Origin: Candidatus Multivorans sp.
GTDB lineage: Bacteria; Acidobacteriota; Thermoanaerobaculia; Multivoradales; Multivoraceae
NCBI GenBank assembly: GCA_965224025.1
Contig: OZ245033.1
Span: forward strand, 3,520,001-3,584,000
Length of the DNA: 64,000 nt
Direction: 5' to 3'
The notes below the pieces were generated by a model. That model was not told the origin of the DNA, ran no database searches, and saw nothing but the letters and a program-made list of their open reading frames with translations. This document shows, piece by piece, positions 36,733 through 48,988 of this stretch. Position 1 is the first letter of the stretch. The number at the start of each line of letters is the position of its first letter. The position numbers and the translations under genes were made by a program.

Positions 36733-39216
36733 TCAGCCGGCAGTTCTAACGTTCTCCACCGCCCGCCCGATCCCTCCCGCGACGCTCTCTATCTCGTCGA
36801 GCGCGGCGCCAGCCGGCCCGTTGGGCGCGCACTCCAGCAGCGAGGCCATCCATCGCAGGTCCTCCGCGTACTCTCGCAGCCTCCGCCGGTAACCCTTGCG
36901 GTTCTTCGTGCAGACCAGGGTGTAGGGGCTGCCGCGCCGCTCCGTCACGTGATCGATGTCGAGCTCGTAGCCGTCGATCGTTCGGTGAAGGTGCTTCCGC
37001 CGGTCCTTCCGCACGCTGAACCGCCCGACCTGTTCCTCGGGATCCCGGCAGAAGGCGCGCAGCCGGGAGCAGTCCTCGCAATCGCACGGAATCTCCGCGG
37101 CGATGGTCCAGTCCCCGGGCTCGGCGGGAATGCCGGAACTGCGCGCCAACAGGAAGTCGGCGGCCTGCCTCCACAGCAGCGCATAGACCGGGGACCGGGC
37201 GAGCGCCTCGTCCTCGTGCATTCCCTCGAGTGCCGCCGGGAGCATGCGGCCCGGGGTCACGATCTTCGGATGGTCGCCGACGGCCCAGGCGGCCGACATG
37301 GCCACTTCGGCGAGATCGAGGGGCCGCGCCAGCAGGAAGAGGTCGCGCACCGCCTCGTCGTCGATCCACTCTCGCGGCGGTTTGTCCCCCACCTCGTCGT
37401 CGATCCCTGTCCACAGCCGCGTGCGCGCCCAATACCGGTCGAGCAGCGTCGATCCGCGGGCGTCCCGGTCGGCGCGCGCCTCGACCTGCCGCTTGAGTGC
37501 GGCTTCGAGACCGGTCAGGGCGGCGCCGACGGACTTGTGAAGCACGTCGCGCCAGGCGACGTCATCGGTCAGGTCGGCAACCTCCTCCGCGAGTGCAAGC
37601 AGATCGACGACGCAACCGGGACGGCGCGGCAACTGCTTCTCCACCAGGCCGACAAGGAACTCGCCCGTCTCTTCGGCGCCGATCAGGGGCATGACCTCCG
37701 CGAACGCTTCGTTCTCGCTGCCGTCGTACTCCGCCATCACGGCGCGCCGCAGGAAACCGACGGCGAGATCGGCCGCATCGGCGGCGGCGAGCAAACGGAG
37801 CATCGCGCCGCGGTCCTGCGGTCGATAGTCGTCGCTGTCGACCGGCCAGATCTCGACGAGCCTGATCAGAAACCGCCGGGCGCCGTCCGGTGCGCGTTCG
37901 CTTTCAGCCGCGACGCGAGTCGCCGCCCAGGCCACGGCGCCGTCGATGCCGGCGCCGGCGCCGGCGCCGGCGAGGATGTCCACGGTCTTTTCCCGGGGCC
38001 AGACGACCAGCGCCGCCAGCCGGTAGATCAGCTCCAAGGTCGGGCCATCGTTGCCCGTGGAGCCTTCCAGGCGGCGGTCGTCCGGTTCGGCGTCGGCAAG
38101 GGCGTCCCGGGGCAGAAGCTCCCGGTCGTTCACCGGGACCTCGCCCAAGCGCGGCTGGCTGCCGTCGCGAGCCGCCCATGAGTCCAGGGCCTCCCACCGG
38201 TCGAAGACCTCGTCCATCGTGGCGTCGTCCTCTTCGTCGTCCTCCCAGTCCCAACCCCATCGGTCGTAGCCCGGGTAGAACTCGGGGACGCCGTGCTCCT
38301 CGATCCGAAGTACGGCGGCGTACAGCTCGCAGTCCGCGAGATCCGCGGCGGCCCCGAGCACCTTGGCCACGGCCGCATCCGTGTTCTTCAGCGTGCCGAA
38401 CGACAGGCCCTCTTCGCTGTACTCGTGTTCGAGAAGCCACACGAGCTTGTCGGCGCCGCCCTCCTCGGCTCCGCCCTCGCCCTGCCACCTCCTAAGGCAT
38501 TCCGCGACCGGTGTCGCCAGGTCCGTGTAGTCGGGCGCGCCCATACCGGCCTCGGCGGAGTCCAGGCGCAGGCTGAAGACGAGAGACACGCGATGCCCTT
38601 CGGCGACGGGCCGCACTTCGTGCAGGCAATCCGCATAGAAGGCCGCGAAGGCCACTTCGGAGGGCTCGCGCGCGGTCATGTCGAAGGCGGTCTCCCTGTC
38701 GCCGTGACGCACCACGATCTCGCCGCCTGCCCCGGTCGTCGGCAACGACAGCGAGAGAGTCGCCACCATGCCGGAGACCTTCTCGGTGTCGCGGTGCTCG
38801 TCGAAGAAGCCTCCGGGCCGGTAGACGAGCAGCTTGTAGAGGTCAGCGCCGAGTCGCTCGACGGGCAGCCCGAGCCCTTCCGCGACGAGGGCCATGATCT
38901 TCGCAAGCGAATCCGGCCACGCTCGGCCGAGCAGTCGAACCTTTCGAGCGTCGATCTGCCAGCTATCCCGGACCGAAGTGTCCACGACAGTGCGCGTGCC
39001 CTTGCCGTACGGAGCGCGCTCCGCTGCACCGATCAGGGCGTCGATCTGGACGCGGGAGACAGGGAAGGACAGGTCTCCCACGCCGTCCACCACGACGCGC
39101 GGCATGGCCAAATGCAGCCGCCCACCGACGCAGTAGTCGCCGGGGCGGTCCACGGACCGCAGGAGGTCTTCGAGCCGCTCGTGCTGCTCGCCGTACTCGA
39201 TGCTCTGAATGCCCAT
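36733..39216 (-). CDS. Large 2OG-Fe(II) oxygenase-domain protein
   Basis: LYKLLVY...HRDTEK (HxD), HEVRPV, GHRVSLVF. C-terminal CDCEDC...RKHL. Confidence 0.82.
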   Translation of the reverse strand: MGIQSIEYGEQHERLEDLLRSVDRPGDYCVGGRLHLAMPRVVVDGVGDLSFPVSRVQIDALIGAAERAPYGKGTRTVVDTSVRDSWQIDARKVRLLGRAWPDSLAKIMALVAEGLGLPVERLGADLYKLLVYRPGGFFDEHRDTEKVSGMVATLSLSLPTTGAGGEIVVRHGDRETAFDMTAREPSEVAFAAFYADCLHEVRPVAEGHRVSLVFSLRLDSAEAGMGAPDYTDLATPVAECLRRWQGEGGAEEGGADKLVWLLEHEYSEEGLSFGTLKNTDAAVAKVLGAAADLADCELYAAVLRIEEHGVPEFYPGYDRWGWDWEDDEEDDATMDEVFDRWEALDSWAARDGSQPRLGEVPVNDRELLPRDALADAEPDDRRLEGSTGNDGPTLELIYRLAALVVWPREKTVDILAGAGAGAGIDGAVAWAATRVAAESERAPDGARRFLIRLVEIWPVDSDDYRPQDRGAMLRLLAAADAADLAVGFLRRAVMAEYDGSENEAFAEVMPLIGAEETGEFLVGLVEKQLPRRPGCVVDLLALAEEVADLTDDVAWRDVLHKSVGAALTGLEAALKRQVEARADRDARGSTLLDRYWARTRLWTGIDDEVGDKPPREWIDDEAVRDLFLLARPLDLAEVAMSAAWAVGDHPKIVTPGRMLPAALEGMHEDEALARSPVYALLWRQAADFLLARSSGIPAEPGDWTIAAEIPCDCEDCSRLRAFCRDPEEQVGRFSVRKDRRKHLHRTIDGYELDIDHVTERRGSPYTLVCTKNRKGYRRRLREYAEDLRWMASLLECAPNGPAGAALDEIESVAGGIGRAVENVRTAG

Positions 39217-39290
39217 TTCTCTGTTCAAGCACGATTCAGAGTGGCCGACCCGGCCGGTGCAGAACCGTTCCGAAGTCCGCTGCCCCGCGT

Positions 39291-39322
39291 CGGATGCGGG
39301 CGAAACGCCCGCGTTCCCAGGG
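39291..39322 (+). repeat. REP-like palindrome, copy 5
   Basis: CGGATGCGGGCGAAACGCCCGCGTTCCCAGGG. Confidence 0.78.
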
Positions 39323-39409
39323 CCGGAACGACGTACCGTCTTGCTTCACAAGGTCCCGCGCAGGCAACTTCCATCTGAACGACCTTCGCAGACATGTCCC
39401 GAGGCCCCA

Positions 39410-41326
39410 TCAGCGATTGGGGAGATCGAGTGCGATTGCTTCCAGCAGCCGCGGGACGTAGTTACGGAACCGGCGGTCAAGACCTTCCCGCTCACTCGGC
39501 AGAGCGGCCAGCCGATCCCTCCACGCCTGCTCGTTCGGCGCGCCCAGCACCGCCGGGTCGAGGTAGTCCAGCGCGTTCAGGGCCAGCAGAGCATCGAAGA
39601 AGTCGTTTTCCTCGATCGAGGCCGAGTCCAGCAGGAGTTCGACGACGGGCGCCCGGTCCGTCTCCTCTCCGAAGCGTCCCAGCGCCTCGGCGGCATGGAT
39701 GCGGACGGGCGCCGACGGGTCCCGGAGCGCGGCGCGGAGTTCGGCGAGCGACGCCTGCACGGCCCGGTCGCCGCGGGCTCGCAGTCCAACGGCGGCCCAG
39801 GCGCGGACCGCGGAGTCCGGGTCGCCGAGCAGCCTCTTGAGGCGGTCCGTGGCCGCGTCGTCCCACGACGAACGGTCGGAAGCCAGCTCCGCGGCGGCCA
39901 GCACCCGTTCCACCTGGTAGCCGCCCTGGCCGTAGGCCCACGGTACGGCGCCCATCGCCGCCGCGCGCCGGTGCATTTCGCCTTCGGGCAGAAAGCCGAG
40001 GTCGCGAACTGTCAGGAGTTGCCGGCGCAGGATTCCGGCGAGCCGTTCCCGTTTGGCCTCGTGCTCCGGTGAGTCCGCCAGGTTGTGGACCTGGTCCGGA
40101 TCGTTGTCGAGGTCGTATAGCTCCTCGCTCGGTTTCTCACGCCAGAAAGCCGCTTGGACCTCGTTGAGCTTTCCCTCCTGGAAGAGGCGCAGCCAGACCT
40201 GGGTGGTCGGCGTCTCCATCTGGTACGAAAGACGCTGGCCGTAGGGGCGATCGATCACGAAGTTGCGGGCGTAGACGTAACGCTTGTCCCGCACGCTACG
40301 CACCATGTCGTAGCGCTCGTCCATCCGGTCGGAGAAGCCGAAGACGGCCTCGTTCGGCGCCCCCTCGTAGGCGCCCAGGAAGGCCCGGCCCTGCAGGTGC
40401 GGCGGCGGCTCGATGCCGGCCAGGCTCAGCATCGTCGGCGCGAAGTCGATGAATCCGACCAGGCGGTCCGAGCTGCCGCCGGGCTCGTACTCCGCCGGCG
40501 CCAGGTGGCGGTACTTCGTAGGGATAGAGACGATAAGTGGCACATGGAGACCGGTCTGGAGCGCGGCGCGCTTGCCGCGGGGCAGGCCGGGGCCGTGGTC
40601 GCCCCAGTAGAAGATGATCGTGTCGTCGGCCAGGCCGGCCGCCTCCAGCTCGGCCAGGCGCTCGCCGACCAGCGCATCCATCTCGGTCAGCTTGTCGTAG
40701 TACTGGGCCCAGTCCTGCCTGACCTCGGGCGTGTCCGGGTGGTAGGCCGGAACTCTCACCGCAGCCGGATCGTGGACCGGCGTGTGGGGGCGCCGCCGGA
40801 TCTGGCTCTCATGGCTGACGGTGAAGTTGAAGACGGCGAAGAAGGGAGCGCCTTCGGGACGGTTCCGCCAGTGCGCCTCGCGGGACGACTCGTGCCACAC
40901 GGGATCCTCGCCTCGGGGGCCCTGGCCGCCGGGCTTCTCGAGGTTGTAGTCCTCCTTGGCGTTGTTCGTCACGTAGTAGCCGGCTTCCCGCAGGTACTGG
41001 GGGAAGAAGCGGAAGCCCGCCGGCAGCCGGGATCGACTGCGCATGTGATGGGCGCCCGTGGACGCCGGGTAGAGACCGCTGATGATCGTGGTGCGGGCCG
41101 GCGCGCACACCGGGACCGTCGACCAGGCATTGCGGTAGATCAGGCCGCGGGCCGCGAGCGCGTCGAGGTTCGGGGTCGTGGCGTAGTCGTCGCCGTAGGC
41201 GCCCAGGTGCGGACCGTTGTCCTCGCTGGAGACCCAGAGGATGTTGGGGGGTGGCAGGTCCGCGGCCGGCGGCTGTGCGGCTACTGGCGTGACAAGAAGC
41301 GCAAGGGCGGCGAATCCACGGAGCAC
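39410..41326 (-). CDS. Formylglycine-dependent sulfatase with C-terminal HEAT-like repeats
   Basis: PNILW...ED, TPNLD, CAPAR (CxPxR), GDHG, signal peptide. Confidence 0.92.
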   Translation of the reverse strand: MLRGFAALALLVTPVAAQPPAADLPPPNILWVSSEDNGPHLGAYGDDYATTPNLDALAARGLIYRNAWSTVPVCAPARTTIISGLYPASTGAHHMRSRSRLPAGFRFFPQYLREAGYYVTNNAKEDYNLEKPGGQGPRGEDPVWHESSREAHWRNRPEGAPFFAVFNFTVSHESQIRRRPHTPVHDPAAVRVPAYHPDTPEVRQDWAQYYDKLTEMDALVGERLAELEAAGLADDTIIFYWGDHGPGLPRGKRAALQTGLHVPLIVSIPTKYRHLAPAEYEPGGSSDRLVGFIDFAPTMLSLAGIEPPPHLQGRAFLGAYEGAPNEAVFGFSDRMDERYDMVRSVRDKRYVYARNFVIDRPYGQRLSYQMETPTTQVWLRLFQEGKLNEVQAAFWREKPSEELYDLDNDPDQVHNLADSPEHEAKRERLAGILRRQLLTVRDLGFLPEGEMHRRAAAMGAVPWAYGQGGYQVERVLAAAELASDRSSWDDAATDRLKRLLGDPDSAVRAWAAVGLRARGDRAVQASLAELRAALRDPSAPVRIHAAEALGRFGEETDRAPVVELLLDSASIEENDFFDALLALNALDYLDPAVLGAPNEQAWRDRLAALPSEREGLDRRFRNYVPRLLEAIALDLPNR

Positions 41327-41328
41327 GG

Positions 41329-42543
41329 CTACACCACCCGCTCGGCGCGGAATGCAGCGATCTCGTCGCTGCTGTAGCCGAGGTCGCCCAGGAGTTCGTC
41401 CGTATGCTCCCCGAGGGTCGGCGCCCGGTGGCGGATGGTCGCCGGCGTCTCCGTGAGCCGCACTGAGGGCCGGGCCACGGGGGCCGGCCGCGCCATGCCC
41501 GGGTAGTTCAGATCGACGAAGGACTCGACCTCGGCGATGTGAGGGTCATCCAGCGTTTGCTGCATCGAGTAGGCAGGCGCCGAGGGGATCATCGCCGCAT
41601 TCAGCGCATCGACGGCTTCGGCCGTCGACCGCGAGCCGCACCAGGCATTCATCCGCTCGCCGATCGGCCCGGCGTTTTCGCCGCGTGCCAGGTCGTCGGC
41701 GAAGCGGGGATCGTTCAACCAGTCGATCTCCTCGCTGGCCGTGCCCGCGCCGTTGTCGGCGCCCATCAGCTCCACCCAGCGCTTGAACAGGGGCTCGCCG
41801 ATCACCGAGCACAGCACCCAACCGTCGGCGGTCCGGTAGAGATCGGATGGCGCCGAGGTCTGTCCCCGGTTGCCCGTCGGCTGGCGGTCCCGCTGGATGA
41901 CCGCCTGCTCGATCAGGTTGCTGTTGCCCATCATCAGCGCCGTCTTGAGCAGCGCGCCCTCGACCATCTGGCCCTTGCCGGTCTGCTGCCGGGCCATCAG
42001 CGCCGCCAGCGTGCCGTAGGCGCAGGAGAGGGCGGTCCCGAAGTCGACGAACGGCGCCGCGGCGCGCCGTGGCCGATCCGGATCGCCGGTCATGTACGCG
42101 ATCCCCGACATCACCTGACCGATGCCGTCGAAGCCCACGCGATCGCTGTAGGGCCCGCCTCGACCGTACGCGGACACCGTGGTGAGGATGATGTCCTCCT
42201 TGACCTCCCGGAGGCTTTCCAGGTCGAGCCCCATCGCCTCAAGCGTCGCCGGCGGCAGGTTCGCGACCACGACGTCGGCGGTCGCAACGAGCTTGCGGAC
42301 GATCTCGCGGCCGTCCGGCTTCATTGGATTGAGCGTCATGGACCGCTTGTTCCGGTTCATCTGCAGGAACATGCCACCCTCGCCGGTAGGCGTCACCGGC
42401 GCGATGAAGCGGTCCTCGCTGCCTCGCACCTTCTCGATGCGGATCACGTCGGCGCCGAGATCACCGAGCAGGGCGGCACAGAAGGGGCCGGCGATGTAGC
42501 GGCCGAAGTCCAGAACGCGAACGCCGGCGAGCACCTGATGCAT
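41329..42543 (-). CDS. CaiB/BaiF CoA-transferase
   Basis: VLDFGRYIAGP, NRNKRS, APTLGEHT. Confidence 0.92.
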   Translation of the reverse strand: MHQVLAGVRVLDFGRYIAGPFCAALLGDLGADVIRIEKVRGSEDRFIAPVTPTGEGGMFLQMNRNKRSMTLNPMKPDGREIVRKLVATADVVVANLPPATLEAMGLDLESLREVKEDIILTTVSAYGRGGPYSDRVGFDGIGQVMSGIAYMTGDPDRPRRAAAPFVDFGTALSCAYGTLAALMARQQTGKGQMVEGALLKTALMMGNSNLIEQAVIQRDRQPTGNRGQTSAPSDLYRTADGWVLCSVIGEPLFKRWVELMGADNGAGTASEEIDWLNDPRFADDLARGENAGPIGERMNAWCGSRSTAEAVDALNAAMIPSAPAYSMQQTLDDPHIAEVESFVDLNYPGMARPAPVARPSVRLTETPATIRHRAPTLGEHTDELLGDLGYSSDEIAAFRAERVV

Positions 42544-42675
42544 GGAGACTCCCTGGGTCTGGAAGGCTGATCACCGAGGCCGGAAGGCCGGGATCGTAGC
42601 AAGGCCCAGGCTCCTCTATACTCGCGCGCCACCCTCGAACGCGACACCCACGCAACAACGTGCCTGGAGAAAGAG

Positions 42676-43683
42676 ATGAAGGTTGACGGCGGACTCCCCA
42701 CCGATCTGCGAGAAGTCCCGACCCGCATACGTGAACTCGAAGATGCCGGCTTCGCGGCCGCGATGACCGCGGAGACGGCACACGACCCGTTCTTCCCGCT
42801 GCTGCTCGCCGCGGAACACAGCGAGCGGATCGAGCTGATGACCTCGATCGCGGTCGCGTTCGCCCGCAGTCCGATGACCCTGGCCAACGTCGGCCACGAC
42901 CTGAACGCCTACTCCAGGGGGCGTTTGATCCTCGGCCTGGGGTCCCAGATCCGGCCCCACATCACCAAGCGTTTCAGCATGCCCTGGTCGAGCCCGGCCA
43001 AGCGGATGAGGGAGATGATCCTGGCGATGCGGGCGATCTGGAAGAACTGGTACGACGGCGAGCGGCTCCGCTTCCAGGGCGAGTTCTACTCCCACACCCT
43101 GATGACGCCGATGTTCACGCCGACGAACACCGAGTACGGACCTCCCAAGGTCTTCCTGGCCGCGGTCGGGCCGCTGATGACGGAGGTCGCGGGCGAAGTG
43201 GCGGATGGCCTGATCGTTCACCCGTTCACGACCCAGTCCTACATGCGCGATACGACCCTGCCGGCGATCGAGCGCGGTCTGGCAACCGCCGGCCGCGACC
43301 GTTCCGACTTCCAGATCACCTACCCCGGCTTCATCGTTTCCGGCCACGACGAGAAGACGTTCGAGGCCACGAAGCGGGCGGTAAAGAAGCAGATCTCCTT
43401 CTACGGTTCGACCCCCGCCTACCGTCCGGTGCTCGAATCCGAGGGCTGGGGCGAGCTGCAACTCGAACTGAACCGGATGTCCAAGCAGGGCCAGTGGGAC
43501 GAGATGGGCCTTCTCATCACCGACGAAATGCTTGACGCCTTCGCGGTGGTCGGCGAACCGGACGGCATCGCCTCGGCCGTCCTCGCGCGCTACGGCGACG
43601 TCGTGGACCGCATCAGCCCCAGCCTCCGCTTCCTCGACGATCGAACGCAACGCGACGTGATCGCCGCCCTGTCGGCGAACTGA
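42676..43683 (+). CDS. LLM-class F420-dependent oxidoreductase (TIGR03617-like)
   Basis: ETAHDPFFPL, AFARSPMT, GLGSQIRPHITKRFSMPW, FYGSTPAY. Confidence 0.88.
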   Translation: MKVDGGLPTDLREVPTRIRELEDAGFAAAMTAETAHDPFFPLLLAAEHSERIELMTSIAVAFARSPMTLANVGHDLNAYSRGRLILGLGSQIRPHITKRFSMPWSSPAKRMREMILAMRAIWKNWYDGERLRFQGEFYSHTLMTPMFTPTNTEYGPPKVFLAAVGPLMTEVAGEVADGLIVHPFTTQSYMRDTTLPAIERGLATAGRDRSDFQITYPGFIVSGHDEKTFEATKRAVKKQISFYGSTPAYRPVLESEGWGELQLELNRMSKQGQWDEMGLLITDEMLDAFAVVGEPDGIASAVLARYGDVVDRISPSLRFLDDRTQRDVIAALSAN

Positions 43684-43729
43684 ATCGAAGCCACCGCTCG
43701 AACGACACGCTCAACAGGAGTTGCACGCG

Positions 43730-45319
43730 ATGAAGGAACTCATCTTCCACCGGTTCTTCGTCCCCGCCCTTAAATACCTGCCCAACCAGGAGTCCATCAT
43801 CGACGGCGCCTACAGCGCGACCTTCGGGGAGCACGCCGACCGCACGATGCGCCTGTTTTCCGCGCTCACCGGCGAACTCGGCATCGGCCGCACCGACCGC
43901 TTCGCGGTCATGGCGCTCAACTGCCACCAGTACGTCGAGCTGTACCACGCCGCCTACCTCGGCGCCGGCGTGATCAACCCGCTCAACCTGCGCCTGGCGG
44001 GCAAGGAACTCGACTACATCGTCCGCGACTCCGGCACCGAGGTCGCCTTCGTCGACAAGACGTTCGCGCCGGCTTTCGCTCAGGCGATGGCGCTTGCGGG
44101 CGACGACTGCACGGTCCGCCGCACCGTCCTGATCGACGGCCCCGACGACAACACGGACGCTCCCTACGACCTCCGCTACGAGGACCTGATCGCCGGCAGC
44201 GATCCGGTCCTGCCCGACGAACCCGAGGAGACCGATCCGGTGGTCCTGATGTACACCGGCGGCACGACCGGCCTGCCAAAGGGCGTTCTCTGCAACCAGC
44301 GCGCCGAGATCCTGAACACGTACCACGCGGTGATGCGCTTCCCCCAACTCTCCGAAGGCACCGCGCTGCTGCAGACGCCGATCTTCCACGCCGCTTCCAT
44401 GGTGGGCGTGATCGCGACCCAGACGTTCGGCGGCAAGATGGTCCTGATGCCCATGTTCGACCCCGGCAGAGCACTCGCGTTGATCGAGAAGTACAAGGTG
44501 ACCACGACGACCATGGTGCCGACCATGATCCACATGTTGATGAGCCACCCCGACTTCGCGCCCGAGAAGCTCTCCTCGGTGCGCAACCTGGCCTACGGCG
44601 CCTCGCCGATGCCGGCGGCCCTGCTCGACCGGCTGCGGACCCTGTTCCCGGAGATGGAGATCGGGCAGGGCTACGGCATGACCGAGAGTTCGTCGCTCCT
44701 GACCGTGCTCGACGCCGAGGACCACAAGGCCGGCGGCGGCCGCCTGCGCTCCGTGGGACGGGCCGTGCCCGGCGTCGTGCTACAGGTCCAGGACGAGGAC
44801 GGCAACGAACTGCCCACCGGCGAGGTCGGCGAAGTCTGCGCCCGGGGCGGCAACTACATGACCGAGTACTGGAACAAGCCCGAGGCCACCGAAGAGGCGT
44901 TCCAGGGCGGCTGGTACCACACCGGCGACGCCGGCTACCTCGACGAAGAGGGCTACCTGTTCCTGGTCGACCGGGTCAAGGACATGATCGTCTCCGGCGG
45001 CGAGAACGTGTACTCGGCCGAGGTCGAGAGCGCGATCTCCACCCATCCGGTGGTCGGCCAGGTCGCCGTGATCGGCACTCCCCACGACGTCTGGGGCGAG
45101 CAGGTCCACGCGATCGTCGTACCGAAGGAAGGCGTCGAAGTCGACGAGAGTACGGGCGCCTCGATCATCAGCCACGCCCGCGAGTCGATCGCCGGCTACA
45201 AGGCGCCGAAGTCCGTCGAGTTCCGGGCCGAGCCGCTACCGCTCTCGGGCGCGATGAAGGTGTTGAAGCGCGAGTTGCGCGCCCCCTACTGGGAAGGCAA
45301 GGAGCGCGGCATCAACTGA
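43730..45319 (+). CDS. Long-chain acyl-CoA synthetase (AMP-binding)
   Basis: YTGGTTGLPKG, GYGMTE, HTGD, DRVKDMIVSGGENVY. AGGAG SD. Confidence 0.93.
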   Translation: MKELIFHRFFVPALKYLPNQESIIDGAYSATFGEHADRTMRLFSALTGELGIGRTDRFAVMALNCHQYVELYHAAYLGAGVINPLNLRLAGKELDYIVRDSGTEVAFVDKTFAPAFAQAMALAGDDCTVRRTVLIDGPDDNTDAPYDLRYEDLIAGSDPVLPDEPEETDPVVLMYTGGTTGLPKGVLCNQRAEILNTYHAVMRFPQLSEGTALLQTPIFHAASMVGVIATQTFGGKMVLMPMFDPGRALALIEKYKVTTTTMVPTMIHMLMSHPDFAPEKLSSVRNLAYGASPMPAALLDRLRTLFPEMEIGQGYGMTESSSLLTVLDAEDHKAGGGRLRSVGRAVPGVVLQVQDEDGNELPTGEVGEVCARGGNYMTEYWNKPEATEEAFQGGWYHTGDAGYLDEEGYLFLVDRVKDMIVSGGENVYSAEVESAISTHPVVGQVAVIGTPHDVWGEQVHAIVVPKEGVEVDESTGASIISHARESIAGYKAPKSVEFRAEPLPLSGAMKVLKRELRAPYWEGKERGIN

Positions 45320-45347
45320 GTCGAGGCATCAACTGGGTGCACCGCCC

Positions 45348-46823
<1,476 letters not shown>

Positions 46824-46893
46824 GAATCGCAAGATCCTCCTGATCGGCCCGGCCATTTCCGTGCCGTTCCTGGTCCGGGTGTACGCGATTGTG

Positions 46894-48921
46894 TCACTTC
46901 GGTTCGGACTTCCCCGCTGCCGCCACGATCCGCAGCACCGCGGCGCCGTAGCGCTTGACCGTGGCCGGCCCAATGCCGGGGATCGCCAGCAACTGATCAC
47001 GGTTCGCGGGCCTGACGGCCGCGACCGCGACCAGTGCGCGGTTCTGGAGCACCGTGTACGCCGGCCAGCGCTTCTTCCGGGCCTCCTCCAGCCGCCAGTC
47101 GCGCAGGGCCTCGACCAGGGCCGGGTCGGCGTCGGCGTCCGCGATCTCCACCGCCATGGCGGCCTTGTGCTTCCGGCGCGCCTTCGGCTCATCCGGCGGT
47201 TCGTCCGGCAGCAACACCTGCCCCGTCAGGTCGATACCGCGGCGACGGCCGCCCGGCGTCAGGCCGGCCCGCTGATACCGGATCGTCTCGCCGTCCTTCT
47301 GGAACGAGTCGTCCTCCACGAACACCACGCGCGCCTGGCCCAGCGCGCCGAGAAGGTCCTCGAACTCGCCGCGGTCGTACGAGCCATGGACCGACCGGAA
47401 CTCCTGGAACAGCCGGCCGGTCCCCTGCCCCTCGCGGCGCCGCAGCAGCGACACCACGGTTTCCATCGCCTGGACCTCTTCGGGCAAGGGCGACCGGAAC
47501 CGGCGCACGAGGCAGTCGTCCGGACGGCAGACATCGCACACGCCGCAGAGCGCGCCGCTGTCCGCGCGGTCGCCGAAGTGCCGTACCAGGCGCAGCATTC
47601 GGCAGCCCCGGTGGTCGGCGAAGCGGGTCATCTCGTCGATCTGGTCCAGGCGGTGCTGGCGTTGGACGCGGTAGGTCCGCAGCCACGAGTCCCCGCCCCG
47701 GCGCACGCGGTAGCCACCGCCAATGGCCGCGCCGCCATGGATTCGGAGTTGATCGAGAGCGGCTTCGAACACTTCCTCGTCGAAACGGAGCCGGCGCTGC
47801 AGATCGGCCTGGTCACGGGGCTCGTCGGAGAGCGTGTCGTAAAGCTCCTTGAGATAGCCGATCTCCGGATAGGAGAGCTTGTGCAGGAACTCCTGGGTGC
47901 GACGATCGGCCCAGGAGTACAGGAGCAGCGCCCGGGCCGGCTCGCCGTCGCGGCCCGCGCGGCCGATCTCCTGGTAGTAGCCCTCCACCGTCGCCGGCAT
48001 CGCGGTGTGGATCACGGTGCGGATGTTCGGCTTGTCGATCCCCATGCCGAAGGCGGTGGTGGCGACCACCACTTCGATCTCGCCGTCGAGAAACGCGGCC
48101 TGCGCTTCGTCCCGCTCCGCGGTCGGCAGCCCGGCGTGGTACGGCGCGGTCGGGAAGTTGTCGGCCAGCCGGCCTGCGAGAGCCTCCGTCTCCTTGCGTG
48201 TCGGCGCGTAGACAATGGCGGGGCGCCGCTCACTCTCTCCCAACACCTCGGCAACCACCGCCGCCCGGGCCCCGGGCCGCTTCGGCACCACCTCCACTGC
48301 AAGGTTGTCGCGCCGGAAGCCGTAGATGTAGCGCTCGTCCCCCTGCAGATCGAGCTGTGCCGCGATGTCGTCCTGGATGCGCGGCGTCGCGGTCGCGGTC
48401 AGGGCGAGCACCGGCGCGGGGCGCAGGCGCGGCAGACGCTGGCCCAGGAGCCGGTAGTCGGGACGGAAGTCATGCCCCCACTGGGAGATGCAATGCGCTT
48501 CGTCGACCGCGATCAGGGCCGGCCGGCAGCGCTCCAGGAACTCGATGAAACCGGGCACCCCGAGGCGCTCCGGCGCGATGAACAGGAAGTCGAGCTCGCC
48601 GTCGCGATACAGCCGGCAGGCCTCGCGCGACTCGTGGCGCGGCCGTCCCGAGTGGATGCGCTCGGCGCGCAGACCGATCTGGCGCATCTTGGCCGTCTGA
48701 TCTTCCATCAGGGCGATCAGCGGCGAAAAAACCAGGGTGGGGCCACCGCGCAGCAGGCCCGGAAGCTGGTAGCACAGCGACTTGCCGGCGCCGGTCGGCA
48801 TGACCACCAGACCGTCGGCCCCGTCCGCGGTGCGCCGGCACACTTCTTCCTGGTGAGGCCGGAAGCCCGAGTGGCCGAAGACGCTCCCCAGCCGTCCTTT
48901 CAAATCAAGAGCCGTTGCCAC
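46894..48921 (-). CDS. recQ: RecQ-family DNA helicase with HRDC domain
   Basis: MPTGAGKSLCYQLP, DEAHCISQWGHDFRP, QEIGRAGRDG, C-terminal HRDC. Confidence 0.9.
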   Translation of the reverse strand: MATALDLKGRLGSVFGHSGFRPHQEEVCRRTADGADGLVVMPTGAGKSLCYQLPGLLRGGPTLVFSPLIALMEDQTAKMRQIGLRAERIHSGRPRHESREACRLYRDGELDFLFIAPERLGVPGFIEFLERCRPALIAVDEAHCISQWGHDFRPDYRLLGQRLPRLRPAPVLALTATATPRIQDDIAAQLDLQGDERYIYGFRRDNLAVEVVPKRPGARAAVVAEVLGESERRPAIVYAPTRKETEALAGRLADNFPTAPYHAGLPTAERDEAQAAFLDGEIEVVVATTAFGMGIDKPNIRTVIHTAMPATVEGYYQEIGRAGRDGEPARALLLYSWADRRTQEFLHKLSYPEIGYLKELYDTLSDEPRDQADLQRRLRFDEEVFEAALDQLRIHGGAAIGGGYRVRRGGDSWLRTYRVQRQHRLDQIDEMTRFADHRGCRMLRLVRHFGDRADSGALCGVCDVCRPDDCLVRRFRSPLPEEVQAMETVVSLLRRREGQGTGRLFQEFRSVHGSYDRGEFEDLLGALGQARVVFVEDDSFQKDGETIRYQRAGLTPGGRRRGIDLTGQVLLPDEPPDEPKARRKHKAAMAVEIADADADPALVEALRDWRLEEARKKRWPAYTVLQNRALVAVAAVRPANRDQLLAIPGIGPATVKRYGAAVLRIVAAAGKSEPK

Positions 48922-48988
48922 GACGCCGAAAATCCTCCTAGGATATGCCTCCGTCTGACAACGACTCCCCTCCAGGAGGCTTCTGCCA

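Noticed and set aside
37948-37971. (GCCGGC)x4 simple repeat in the 2OG oxygenase
   Set aside because: In-frame Ala-Gly run. A unit length of 6 cannot cause phase variation.
45308-45335. 11-bp direct repeat GGCATCAACTG around the acyl-CoA ligase stop
   Set aside because: Only 6 bp apart with no element between them. Probably local slippage, not evidence of an att site or target duplication.
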